From an uncultured Clostridia bacterium (GTDB lineage Bacteria; Bacillota; Clostridia; TANB77; CAG-508): a stretch of DNA of 64,000 bases. Below the pieces are notes generated by a model. The model saw only the letters and a list, made by a program, of their open reading frames with translations. It was not told where the DNA came from and ran no database searches. The stretch spans positions 142,631 through 206,630 of the forward strand of contig CAOPES010000002.1 in assembly GCA_948502395.1 (NCBI GenBank), in the 5' to 3' direction. Positions 20,425-30,082 of the stretch are shown here, in pieces. Within the stretch, counting starts at the first letter, position 1, and each line of letters starts with the position of its first letter. The position numbers and the translations under genes were made by a program.

Positions 20425-22692
20425 TTAATAATTATTTTTCATTTGATTTAATGTGTTGTTCATGTTTGGTGTAAAAGTATTTTTCCCTTTACTTCCACCT
20501 GCTGTTGGCGGTGTATATGTGTTTGTTAGTGGATATACCATATTTGATAGTTCTCTAAGTATTTGCATAAATCCTTTTGAATATCCTTTTAATGACATAC
20601 TGCATTCTATTATATTTTGTAAATATTTTGCATATATTTCTTCTTCAAAAGGAATTGATATATGTTTTATTAGCGTGTTATCAAATAGTTTTGTCATAAA
20701 TGACATTGCTGGATCATTGTAATTTGCCATACCAGCGATTATTGCTTTTTCAGGTGTTTTTATTCTTACTGTTTTATTTAAGATTATTCTTAGTTTCTTT
20801 TCATCTAAGGCATCTTTTGCTTTTAAGTTTCTTAAAAATTCTGTTAGTGGTTGTATTGTTAGTATATCTAATGTTTGCACTAAATATGTTTCTTGTGATT
20901 GTTTAAAATATCTAACTGGTGTTTCAAAATCTGTGTCTATTAAAATTAATGTATGGTTTTGTAGTAATGTTTCTAATATCTTGTCCGCATTCTCAATGCC
21001 TTCATCTTCGCCTGGTACTGATGTGTATACTGTTAAATTTTTATTTAATTGTATACCATTTGCTACACCTTTTGTTAGGTCATATATACTATGTGTTGCA
21101 ATTTCTCTTAGTTCTTCTTCATTATTAGTATATATGTAATATGAGTTTTTATTTCTAGTTGTATCTAGTATTGCTACATTTATTCCTGTTGCAGATAGCA
21201 TTTCTGCTAGGTTGTTTACTATAAATGATGTTCCATTTTTGCTTGTTCCTACAAATGTTACTATTTTTTTGTCTGATGATAATAAATAAGATAAATCTAT
21301 TGTTTCTAAATTTTCTTTTTGTATACTATAATCTTGTCTTACTGGCTCTACCACAGTTCTTACTGGTTCTACTACTTGATGTTCTTCCGGTTCTTGATAA
21401 TAATTTTGTTCTTCTGGTTCTTCATTAAATCCTGGTAGTATTGTGTCATTAATTGGTTCATTTTCTTCTTCATCATAGAAACTTGAAATTTTTTCTTCGT
21501 TTGAAGTTTCGTCTATTTCTTCAAATCCTGGTAATACAAAGTCGTTTTCTTCTTCGTCATCTTCTGGCATTGGTAATATGTTTTCTACTGGTTGTTCTAT
21601 TTCTTCTGGTTCAGGTTCTGGTAGTGGATTTTTTCTAGGTCTTCCCCTTCCCCTTTTTGGTTTTGCTTCTAAGGTTTCTTCTTGTGGTTCTGGATTTTTT
21701 CTAGGTCTTCCTCTTCTTTTCTTTACTGGCTCTACTGGTTGTTCTACTTCTTCTGGTACTATTGGATCTAAATCTTCAAACTCTAATTCTTCTATTTCTT
21801 CTACTTCTTGCACTGGCTCTGGTATTGGTGCTGGTTTTCTTCTAGCTAATTTCTTTTCACTATTCATATCTATGTTTGTTGGTATTACTACTGATGTTGG
21901 CTTTATTCTTGGTTTGTTTGATGACATTAGAAGTTTTTCACTAGGTCCTTGTTTTTCATCTTCTTTTGTCTTTCTTAATTTGTCTGAAATTTTATTGTTA
22001 AATGACATTACTTGTTGATATTTTGGTGACCTTTCTTCTAATACAGCTCTTACATTTAATGGTAAAAATTTGCTTATAATTCTTAATTGTGTATCATTAT
22101 ATTGTGCTGCTATATTGTCAAAACTGTCTACAAATCTATCTTCATTTTTCCCTAGCCTTTTGTAATGTGCTAAGATATTTTGTATTTCCATTTCGCTAAC
22201 ATCATTTTCGCTTTCGCTTTGATAGCTTACATTTTCAGCGTCTATTTTGTAGTATGCTTTTGCTTCTTTTTTTAGACGTGGTCTATTTATCAATTTACAT
22301 ACTTCGTCAACACTTCTATCTGTTCCTATTATTGCGTTATATACGCCTATTCCAAATATTTTTACTAGCATTTCTTCTGATTTTGTTCTTCTATCAGAAC
22401 ATATTAAAATTATTGGAATGTCATTTCCACGCATATTTGAAGCTTCATCACTTATACTGTCTAATTTTTCAAATATGAATTTGTCAATTTGGTCGTATTG
22501 TGTGTGTGTGAATGCTTCTAAGTCTTCACTTATTACTATTCTATCGTAATTTTTGTCTTTTTGTATTTCTTTCAATATTGCGTTAAAGTAATATACGTTT
22601 TTGTATGAAATGATTTGTTTGTATTCTTTTTGATATTTTTTTACAATTAATTCTGATATTTCTTCATTACTTACAGCAAATAGAACTTTCAT
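20425..22692 (-). CDS. Multidomain protein: receiver-like N-terminus, acidic/Pro-rich linker with two AT-hooks, and a ParA/MinD/TadZ-like C-terminus with a degenerate P-loop
   Basis: 755 aa. The AT-hooks are KKRRGRPRKNP and KRGRGRPRKNP (DNA 21627-21728). The C-terminal KKIVTFVGTSKNGTSFIVNNLA is a deviant Walker-A-like segment. Confidence 0.55.
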   Translation of the reverse strand: MKVLFAVSNEEISELIVKKYQKEYKQIISYKNVYYFNAILKEIQKDKNYDRIVISEDLEAFTHTQYDQIDKFIFEKLDSISDEASNMRGNDIPIILICSDRRTKSEEMLVKIFGIGVYNAIIGTDRSVDEVCKLINRPRLKKEAKAYYKIDAENVSYQSESENDVSEMEIQNILAHYKRLGKNEDRFVDSFDNIAAQYNDTQLRIISKFLPLNVRAVLEERSPKYQQVMSFNNKISDKLRKTKEDEKQGPSEKLLMSSNKPRIKPTSVVIPTNIDMNSEKKLARRKPAPIPEPVQEVEEIEELEFEDLDPIVPEEVEQPVEPVKKRRGRPRKNPEPQEETLEAKPKRGRGRPRKNPLPEPEPEEIEQPVENILPMPEDDEEENDFVLPGFEEIDETSNEEKISSFYDEEENEPINDTILPGFNEEPEEQNYYQEPEEHQVVEPVRTVVEPVRQDYSIQKENLETIDLSYLLSSDKKIVTFVGTSKNGTSFIVNNLAEMLSATGINVAILDTTRNKNSYYIYTNNEEELREIATHSIYDLTKGVANGIQLNKNLTVYTSVPGEDEGIENADKILETLLQNHTLILIDTDFETPVRYFKQSQETYLVQTLDILTIQPLTEFLRNLKAKDALDEKKLRIILNKTVRIKTPEKAIIAGMANYNDPAMSFMTKLFDNTLIKHISIPFEEEIYAKYLQNIIECSMSLKGYSKGFMQILRELSNMVYPLTNTYTPPTAGGSKGKNTFTPNMNNTLNQMKNNY

Positions 22693-22695
22693 TTG

Positions 22696-23124
22696 TTACC
22701 CCCTTCCAAATTTTACAAACACTGCAAATGCTAGTGGTAAGATTTGGCATATAATTAATATTGTTACAAAGCTTACTATTAAAGCCATTCCTTTTTCTAG
22801 TGTGTCTAATTTTCTTACACCTATTACATATTGATGTATGGCTCCCATTGCTATTCCTAAAAAACATAATGGTATACTGTATATTCTAACTAGATTTAAA
22901 ATGTATGCTACAAATCCGTAGGCGTCTGAACCATATTTTTGTTTATAGTCTTCCAATGAATTTGCTGCATTTTCTTTTATTTCTACTATTTTACTTTCTG
23001 TTTTTTCATCAATTGCTTTTTCTGCTGCATATGATGTACTAACATTTAAGAATATTCCCATTATTAGTGCTAAAATTGTAACAATTAATACTATCTTTTT
23101 CATTTCCTTGCCCCTTTCTTCCAA
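22696..23124 (-). CDS. Hypothetical secreted/membrane protein (signal peptide + 2 C-terminal TM)
   Basis: 142 aa. Its topology resembles TrbC/VirB2-like pilins, but no sequence motif was recognised. Confidence 0.5.
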   Translation of the reverse strand: MEERGKEMKKIVLIVTILALIMGIFLNVSTSYAAEKAIDEKTESKIVEIKENAANSLEDYKQKYGSDAYGFVAYILNLVRIYSIPLCFLGIAMGAIHQYVIGVRKLDTLEKGMALIVSFVTILIICQILPLAFAVFVKFGRG

Positions 23125-23203
23125 GTTCTTTTTGGCAAATTAGGCCTTATAAACTTTATACTTCTATATAATACAATAAATTGTAAAAAATAGCAAGAAT
23201 TTT

Positions 23204-24457
23204 TTACAATTTATTATATAAATATTTTATATGCTTATATACTGCGTTTGCCCAATTTTTATCTGTTGCATATTTTTTATTTATTCCTGTTAATGTTGGT
23301 CCATTATAATATGTAGCAACTGCCTTTTCACCGCCATAAATGCTTGTTCCTTTTGGGTTTATATAGTATTTTACAAATACTCTCGCAATTAAATCTATAC
23401 TTTCTGAATAATCTGAAAATTGATATGCCCCATTGTATGGATTACTGTCATATGCTCCATATCCAAACAAATTATGTTTTTGATTAGCTATTTTCGACGT
23501 TCCCCACGCACTTTCGTGTATTCCAACTGCTGCAACAAAAACTCCATTAATATTATATTGTTTTTCTATGTAATAAAAATATTCTGCATTATTAGCAAAC
23601 ACTTTATTTGTATCTTTACTATCTGTTAAAATCTTTTTAAATTGTTCTAATGTCAATCCACTCGGTTTATTTAGTGCCATATCAAAACTTGGAGCTGCAA
23701 TTTTACCCCCATTGCCACTATTGCTTGTGTTCCCTTGTTCTGGCTCATTCTTATTTATATATGTAGTATTTTCTGCCTTCACATAACCTGTTGTACCCAC
23801 TGCTGATATTCTATACCAATTATTATTTATCCCTAAAACTTTTAGTTCTGTATCCCTATCTAACGTTGTCAACTTTTCTGCTTCTTCATTTGGCTCTAGC
23901 ATAACACCCAATCTATCTGATGTTACATACACTATGTCTCCTACTTTTACTTTGTATGAACTTGTATACTTTCCTGTACCTACTTCTACAATTTTATTTA
24001 CAGAAGCTTTTGTTATTTTAGAACTTATTTGCTCTTCTGCTTTTAATTCTCCATTTTCATATACTTTTCTTCGTGTTATCGCCTGCTTTCCACTTCTTCC
24101 TTCTTGTATAACTTGAACCATACCTTTTGGAAGTTCTGGATTATTCTGATATTTTGTTATGTATTCTAAATCTATTTCTTCTGTATAATATTCTTCCTGC
24201 TCATCACTTATATTATTTGCAATAATTTCATCTATATTTATTGGACTTGCATTACTTATTTTTATCTCTTCTATCTCTTGTTCAGTTTTTGCAAGTACTT
24301 CATTTGTTTTTAAATAATGGTCATAAAACACTATTCCAATTAATATAATAGTAATAGATGCCAAAAATATTGCTAAATTTATGCATTTCTTTCTTTTATC
24401 TTTCGCTTTCATTTTATCACCTAATATAATTCTACCTTTTTCGTGTTTTTTTGTCAA
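23204..24457 (-). CDS. Cell-wall hydrolase: TM anchor + G5 + SH3b + mannosyl-glycoprotein endo-beta-N-acetylglucosaminidase domain
   Basis: The G5-like segment is VQVIQEGRSGKQAITRRKVYENGE...IVEVGT. The SH3b-like segment is NNWYRISAVGTTGYV. The glucosaminidase-like segment is VFVAAVGIHESAWGTSKIANQKHNLFGYGAYD. Confidence 0.75.
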   Translation of the reverse strand: MTKKHEKGRIILGDKMKAKDKRKKCINLAIFLASITIILIGIVFYDHYLKTNEVLAKTEQEIEEIKISNASPINIDEIIANNISDEQEEYYTEEIDLEYITKYQNNPELPKGMVQVIQEGRSGKQAITRRKVYENGELKAEEQISSKITKASVNKIVEVGTGKYTSSYKVKVGDIVYVTSDRLGVMLEPNEEAEKLTTLDRDTELKVLGINNNWYRISAVGTTGYVKAENTTYINKNEPEQGNTSNSGNGGKIAAPSFDMALNKPSGLTLEQFKKILTDSKDTNKVFANNAEYFYYIEKQYNINGVFVAAVGIHESAWGTSKIANQKHNLFGYGAYDSNPYNGAYQFSDYSESIDLIARVFVKYYINPKGTSIYGGEKAVATYYNGPTLTGINKKYATDKNWANAVYKHIKYLYNKL

Positions 24458-24519
24458 TTTAAAATTATGGAAATTTTTATAACACTTGATTTTATTTGAA
24501 ATTTATACTATTATATAAA

Positions 24520-24614
24520 TTGCCATTAGGGACGGACCTTTTTGGCAATAAATTGCCAAATAGGACCGTCCCCAGTGGCAATAAATTGTCAAAAAGGTCC
24601 GTCCCTAGTGGCAA
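24520..24614. repeat. Hairpin-repeat cluster E (1 forward + 2 inverted units)
   Basis: TTGCCATTAGGGACGGACCTTTTTGGCAA, TTGCCAAATAGGACCGTCCCCAGTGGCAA and TTGTCAAAAAGGTCCGTCCCTAGTGGCAA. The cluster abuts the RBS of the 24627 gene. Confidence 0.9.
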
Positions 24615-24626
24615 AAAGGAGAAATT

Positions 24627-25433
24627 ATGAATAAGAAGAAAAAAGTTATATTGACTGTTTTAACAGCAATTTTGATTTTTATAATACTTACAATTACATA
24701 TTTATTTTTTAATAGAGCTGTTCTGAAAAGCGGACTTGAAAATAATTTGCTTTCGTTTGCAAGCAAGAATGAAAAGACTGTGTTTTCAATTGATAAGATT
24801 ACTTTTTTTAGTAGTTGTGATGCTAAAAATAAGACTGCTACTAGTTCAAATTTTACAATTGAAAATTTATATCAATACACAGATATGGCTTTTTTCATAA
24901 ATAGCCCTAGTGGTAGTGAAGAAAAGAATTTAGAAAATACGTTTAAAAAAGTGTATATTGATAATATCAAGTATGAACAAGTTCCAACTTTGGGCGAGCC
25001 AAAGTTGTATTACAAAAATATTAATAATTTTGCTAAAAGTGATATAATAGATGAAAACTTGATTGACAATAAATTGGAGTTTGAGATAACATCAGAAGAT
25101 GAGACGGATTTGAATAAACCTACTTTGTATAATAATTTGGCAAATCCGATTGTGCTTAGCTATGTTAATAGTAATATAAAAACAGATTATACTTTAACAG
25201 ATACGTCAAAACCTATTACTTATGATGGTTCGTTACTAAAAAGTTGCAATGTTTTGTTAAATAATATAGCTTGCAAAGTTTCTTTTGATATTTATATTAC
25301 AAATAATTTAGATCAGGAGTTTAAAACTACTGTTTATACTACTTTACCGTTAGAAACTGATGATAAATCAATTTATGATGGTAATGTTACTTTAAAACAA
25401 GATACTAATTTTATCTTTTATAGATATAAATAA
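24627..25433 (+). CDS. Hypothetical membrane-anchored protein
   Basis: 268-aa ORF with AAAGGAG 7 nt upstream and an N-terminal TM helix. Confidence 0.6.
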   Translation: MNKKKKVILTVLTAILIFIILTITYLFFNRAVLKSGLENNLLSFASKNEKTVFSIDKITFFSSCDAKNKTATSSNFTIENLYQYTDMAFFINSPSGSEEKNLENTFKKVYIDNIKYEQVPTLGEPKLYYKNINNFAKSDIIDENLIDNKLEFEITSEDETDLNKPTLYNNLANPIVLSYVNSNIKTDYTLTDTSKPITYDGSLLKSCNVLLNNIACKVSFDIYITNNLDQEFKTTVYTTLPLETDDKSIYDGNVTLKQDTNFIFYRYK

Positions 25434-25487
25434 AATAAGTATAAATAAAAAATAATAATATCTAATTTACATATTTTATGGGAAGGA

Positions 25488-27224
25488 ATGAATTTAAAAA
25501 TGAGCAAAAAACAAAGTCTTACTGTTGCAGAACAATTAAAAGAAAAATATCACAAAACAGAAGAAGTTACAAATTTAAAGGATATGCTTTATCGCTCAGG
25601 CGATATCTATCGTAATCGAATTGCTTTTAAAAAGAAAAATAAAAACGGAGAGATTGAAACTGTTACATATGAGCAGTTCAAAAATGATGTTGTTAGCCTT
25701 GGTACTAGTCTAATTGATAAAGGTTTTTTAAATAGACGTATTGCGGTTATTGGTAAAAATAGCTACAATTGGTGCGTTTCTTATATGGCTGCTACTATTG
25801 TTGGCATTGTTGTTCCTATTGATAAAGAGTTACATACTGATGATGTTATTAATTTTATGAATGTTTCTCAAACTGTGTGTATTTTGGGAGATGATAAAAA
25901 TTTGTCTTCTATTTTAGATAATATCCAAAAGGTTGAAAATCCTGATACAGAGTTTATTACTTTTGAGAAAAACTTTGTTTCTATTTTAGAAGCAGGGAAA
26001 AAATCTTATGAAAATGGAAATACAAAATTTGATGATATAACTATTGACCCTGATGAGTTACGTATTTTACTATTTACTTCTGGTACAACTGGAAGTGCTA
26101 AGGGTGTGTGTTTATCTCAGAGAAATATATGTTCAAATATATTATCAATATATGGAATTGTAAAAGTAAAAAGAAGTGATTTATTTTTATCAATTTTACC
26201 ACTACATCATACTTATGAATGTACAATTGGATTTTTACTACCTATTTACAGTGGTGCGAGTGTTGCACATTGTGAAGGTCTAAGATATATTGCAAAAAAT
26301 ATGCAAGAGTATCATCCTTCTGTTATTTTGTGTGTACCATTACTTTTAGAAAATTTGCATAAAAATATTGTAAAAAATATGAATAAAACTTTACCTGAGA
26401 AATATAGAAATTCTAATGGCGAAAACCCTTATTCTAGCTTACCTTTCTTTATGAAAAAAATTGTTAGAAATAAAGTAAAAAATACTTTGGGCGGAAGGCT
26501 TCGTGTATTTATTGTTGGTGCAGCTGCTGCAAATCCAAATATTTTATCAGATTTTAGAGATTTAAAATTGAATACTTTACAAGGATATGGTTTGACAGAG
26601 TGTGCCCCACTGGTTGCTGGAAATACGGACTTTTTCCAAAGGGATGATTCTGCTGGACTTCCTATTCCAAATGTGGAATATAAAATTGATTCACCAAATG
26701 ATGAAGGTGTTGGAGAAATTATTGTTAAGGGTCCAAATGTTATGCTTGGATATTATGAAGATGAAGAAAAAACAAATCAAACTATTGTTGATGGTTGGTT
26801 CCATACTGGTGATTTAGGTAAAATTGATGAAAATGGCTATTTATATATTACTGGTAGATGTAAAAGTGTTATTGTTACTAAAAATGGTAAAAATATTTAT
26901 CCCGAAGAAGTTGAGTATTATTTAAATGATAATCCTTTAATTTCTGAAGCTTTGGTGCTTGGAATTCATAAAGAAAATGATGATGAAACTTATATAAATG
27001 CTCAGATTTATCCTAATATTCAGGCTATTACAGAATATTTAAAAGGTAGCGTTCCTACTAAGGAAGAAATTTGGAAGATGATGTCTGATGCAGTAAGCAA
27101 TGTTAATAAAAAATTACCTAATTACAAACATATTAAAAGTTTTGGTATTCGTGATAAAGAATTTGAGAAAACTACTACTCAAAAAGTTAAGCGTTATGGT
27201 GATAATATGAAAGTTGATAAGTAA
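25488..27224 (+). CDS. AMP-dependent synthetase/ligase (long-chain-fatty-acid--CoA ligase-like)
   Basis: LFTSGTTGSAKGV, an AMP-binding motif, plus GYGLTE and GWFHTGDLG. Confidence 0.85.
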   Translation: MNLKMSKKQSLTVAEQLKEKYHKTEEVTNLKDMLYRSGDIYRNRIAFKKKNKNGEIETVTYEQFKNDVVSLGTSLIDKGFLNRRIAVIGKNSYNWCVSYMAATIVGIVVPIDKELHTDDVINFMNVSQTVCILGDDKNLSSILDNIQKVENPDTEFITFEKNFVSILEAGKKSYENGNTKFDDITIDPDELRILLFTSGTTGSAKGVCLSQRNICSNILSIYGIVKVKRSDLFLSILPLHHTYECTIGFLLPIYSGASVAHCEGLRYIAKNMQEYHPSVILCVPLLLENLHKNIVKNMNKTLPEKYRNSNGENPYSSLPFFMKKIVRNKVKNTLGGRLRVFIVGAAAANPNILSDFRDLKLNTLQGYGLTECAPLVAGNTDFFQRDDSAGLPIPNVEYKIDSPNDEGVGEIIVKGPNVMLGYYEDEEKTNQTIVDGWFHTGDLGKIDENGYLYITGRCKSVIVTKNGKNIYPEEVEYYLNDNPLISEALVLGIHKENDDETYINAQIYPNIQAITEYLKGSVPTKEEIWKMMSDAVSNVNKKLPNYKHIKSFGIRDKEFEKTTTQKVKRYGDNMKVDK

Positions 27225-27252
27225 AAGGAAGCTCTACTTAGCTTCCTTTTTT
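27225..27252. terminator. Bidirectional hairpin between convergent genes
   Basis: AAGGAAGC-tctactt-GCTTCCTT followed by TTTT. It overlaps the stop of the minus-strand gene. Confidence 0.5.
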
Positions 27253-28760
27253 AAAACCTTTGAATATATTTTTTTAAATTTTTCGCCTATATTAGTTTCA
27301 CAATTTATCTTTATAGATGCTATTGGGATTAGCACTACTATGTATGGAATTATATATCTTGATTTCGCTTCCCACAGAATATGAAATGCAAATCCGCCAA
27401 TAAAAATAGTAATCAAGAAAAGCGCTTCTAGTGAAATGTCTTTTCTATTTTTTATTAAAAATACTATACAACATACGCAAATTACCAATAATAGTGCTTT
27501 TTGATAGAACATTAATATATCTGTCCCTTTTTCTATTGGGTCATTTTCTTTTACTATATTGCTTCTTATTGCAGAATATGTATTTTCTGTCCACATAGAT
27601 GTGACTTTTTTTGTATAAAATTCTAGTGCATAACCAGGATTTTGAGCAAAGTATGCTAATCTTTGTTTTACTTCATCTACATATTCTTCTTTTGCTCGTT
27701 CTATATTTTTTAAAGCATATTCTCCCCTAGCTTCATTATACCAGCCATTTCCACGCCACGATTCTTCCATAGCCATTAAGATATAACTTATTGTAGGGTA
27801 TTCTGCTTTTTTATCCATGTTGTATTTACCTAAATAATAGTTTTGTACTAACCCTGCTGGCAAAATGGAAATTATAATATACATTAAAATTACACATGTA
27901 GCTATTAGATTTTGTTTCCAGTTCTTGTTTTTTATTTCTTTAAGTAAACTGAATATTAGATACATTGTAGTTCCAATTATAAAAATTAAACTATTCATTC
28001 TCATCATATATGCTATCATTGTGAAAACTGATGCAAATATTGGATATTTGACTTTTTGGGTTTCTGTATATTTCATCATAAAATATATTGCAAATAAACA
28101 TAGTGCTAGGCTTGGTATGTCTCCATATATGAATGTTGATAGCATTGGTATTGATATGAATGTTAGTGTTAACAAAAATAATCTTACATTGTTTATTTCA
28201 TATTTTTTGGATAGTTGTTTGCTTATTTTATATAGAGCGATTATCATCAATATATTTCCTATAACATTTAATGCTCTTAGGATTTCAATTACATCAAAGT
28301 GTATTATTCTGAAAAATATGCTAAATACAAATGATAGTGAAATTTGTTGGTGATATGATTGCATGTATTGTCCTAATGGTATTCCTGCATATGTCATATT
28401 TGGCAAGTATTGTTCTAAGTTGTTGTTGTAAAAAGTTTGTGCTAAATTACAGGCATGAACTTGGTCTCCAACAATTGGTGGATTTACTAGTACCACCCAT
28501 ATTATATTAAATATTATGTATATAATACTTGCTATAATTAGTATTCGCTTTCTGATTTCTTTGGTTTCTATGTGTTCATTGATTTTTTTGGTGAGCATGT
28601 ATATGATTATTCCGCTTGCTATTATTCCTATTGTGTATATTAGTGTGTTATTGTTAATTGTGATGTGTTCTGATGTGTCGAGTTTTGCTGTGAATATTAA
28701 GTTTAGTATTACTATTATTGCTAGGAATGTTATTCCTAATATTTGTATTATTTTTTTCAT
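27234..28760 (-). CDS. Polytopic membrane glycosyltransferase (GT39/ArnT/PMT-like)
   Basis: About 508 aa from MKKIIQ, with many TM helices and an ArnT-like layout. The family call rests on topology and general resemblance only. Confidence 0.5.
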   Translation of the reverse strand: MKKIIQILGITFLAIIVILNLIFTAKLDTSEHITINNNTLIYTIGIIASGIIIYMLTKKINEHIETKEIRKRILIIASIIYIIFNIIWVVLVNPPIVGDQVHACNLAQTFYNNNLEQYLPNMTYAGIPLGQYMQSYHQQISLSFVFSIFFRIIHFDVIEILRALNVIGNILMIIALYKISKQLSKKYEINNVRLFLLTLTFISIPMLSTFIYGDIPSLALCLFAIYFMMKYTETQKVKYPIFASVFTMIAYMMRMNSLIFIIGTTMYLIFSLLKEIKNKNWKQNLIATCVILMYIIISILPAGLVQNYYLGKYNMDKKAEYPTISYILMAMEESWRGNGWYNEARGEYALKNIERAKEEYVDEVKQRLAYFAQNPGYALEFYTKKVTSMWTENTYSAIRSNIVKENDPIEKGTDILMFYQKALLLVICVCCIVFLIKNRKDISLEALFLITIFIGGFAFHILWEAKSRYIIPYIVVLIPIASIKINCETNIGEKFKKIYSKVLKKEAK

Positions 28761-28856
28761 TTTGTTTCTCCTTATTTTTCTCTTGATTATTCTATCAGTA
28801 AGTTGTGTTATTTGCAATAATTTTCCTCCAAAATTCAGGGAAATTTAATCATATTC

Positions 28857-28886
28857 TTGACTTTTTATTTATAAATAGATTATAAT
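28857..28886 (+). promoter_or_regulatory. Near-consensus promoter for the plus-strand small RNA
   Basis: TTGACT (28857-28862), an 18-nt spacer, then TATAAT (28881-28886). Confidence 0.6.
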
Positions 28887-28892
28887 AAATAT

Positions 28893-28986
28893 AGGAAATG
28901 ACAAATCCACAAACGTGGTTTTGCCGAAATTAGTTGTAAAAACTCACACCTAACTCGCCAAAGTTACAGATGTGAGCTTTTTTATT
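28893..28986 (+). ncRNA. Candidate antitoxin sRNA, convergent with the small toxin ORF and sharing its terminator hairpin
   Basis: It runs from the promoter above to the hairpin CTCACACCTAAC...GTTACAGATGTGAG plus a T-tract (28943-28986). The only ORF in it is 11 codons. Confidence 0.45.
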
Positions 28987-29101
28987 TATGTAGTTGCTTA
29001 TCAACCCAGTTCTTATACAGAACTGCTGTCAAGGCAACGTTTAATGTTAAAGATAACATCAAAGATATTATAAAGAATAGTATCGCTTTAACCATAAACA
29101 T
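28982..29101 (-). CDS. Candidate type I toxin: 39-aa hydrophobic peptide with a basic tail
   Basis: MFMVKAILFFIISLMLSLTLNVALTAVLYKNWVDKQLHK, with AGGAGAGG 5 nt upstream of the ATG. The minus-strand promoter is TAGACA-17-TAGAAT, about 110 nt upstream. The ORF is too short for the ORF track. Confidence 0.55.
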   Translation of the reverse strand: MFMVKAILFFIISLMLSLTLNVALTAVLYKNWVDKQLHK

Positions 29102-29337
29102 CACCACCTCTCCTACGATATTTCGTAAAATTTAGGTGGCAAAACCACATCTGTTTATCATCATTTCCTATATTTATTATTCTACAATATTCTTCTAATT
29201 TTGTCTATAAATTTTATTAAATTCATAAATTTATTTTAAGCTCAGAGATAAATTACTATTTTTTAACTCTTCAATATGATTTTTTATTTCTTCTGATATT
29301 TCTTGTCTTATGGGTTTATATTTTATTTGTCAAGATA

Positions 29338-29917
29338 TTATACATATTTTTCTTCATACCATTTTGCAAATTCCTGCATTGCCTGTACTGAGCCATCAAT
29401 TTTCCTTCTATTTTCTCTTTCATCAAAATCCATTTGTGCTAAGGTTTTGTCAAACCCTTTTGGCTTAAAAACATACCATAAGTCAGACCATTTTTCTTCT
29501 CTATCAATTCCTTGAATTCTTTTTGCCAAATTTCCGTGGATGTTTTCCATAAAAATAGTGGATTTCTTTTCCATCGTGATATGCTAGACATTCATTAAAA
29601 GAACAATTTCTGTTTTCTTTATTTTCCATTAGTTTTAACATTCCTTGTATCCCTATTGTGTCTAAAGCAAAATTTACAAATGCTCTTGGGAAACCGTTTA
29701 ATTCGTCAATTCTAAAATCTGTATCAAGAGCTATACACGGTCTTTTTACTATTTCATAAGCTTGTTTTACTTTCGCTGTGGCTATTTCTTTTATATCATC
29801 ACTTCTTGGTTCATCTAATTCATAGTTGAATGTCGTGAATTTTAGATTTTTAAAGTATTTTTCGGCTGATTTTATTTTTCCTGTATTATGTGTTACAAAA
29901 ACTATTTCTTTTTCCAT
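29338..29917 (-). CDS. Ham1/ITPase-like NTP pyrophosphatase paralogue; the frame is broken at an in-frame CGG (+1)
   Basis: MEKEIVFVTHNTGKIKSAE...YHDGKEIHYFYGKHP, then CGG (plus-strand CCG 29534-29536). Skipping the C gives GNLAKRIQGIDREEKWSDLWYVFKPKGFDKTLAQM..., which joins ORF 29338..29574. Confidence 0.7.
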
Positions 29918-30082
29918 TTTGTTTCTCCTTATTTTCTTTTAATTATTATATCAATATGTTGTATTATTTTCAATATTATTTTTTGTTAAAAAATGTCTAG
30001 TCGATTTATCTAACTTTTCCCTATTTTTGTTGAATATATTAGGTTATATAATGACATAATATATTCATGGAGGTAGATTGAT

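Noticed and set aside
24541-24560. TGGCAA-TAAA-TTGCCA junctions of the repeats as sigma-54 (-24/-12) promoters
   Set aside because: The GG to GC spacing is one nucleotide shorter than the strict sigma-54 spacing. The same junction recurs purely because units are head-to-head.
28883-29180. The 300-bp segment bounded by ~45-bp inverted repeats as a MITE
   Set aside because: The inverted repeats coincide with two outward-to-inward promoters/5' leaders, and the interior holds a well-formed RBS plus a 39-codon ORF. A toxin-antitoxin-like locus explains the structure better. Mobility cannot be excluded without other copies.
29528-29550. Poly-A slippage (GGAAAAC) as the cause of the Ham1-like frame break
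   Set aside because: Skipping the C of the in-frame CGG 9 nt downstream restores the frame equally well. It also matches the pattern seen at the four other breaks, so the homopolymer explanation is not needed.
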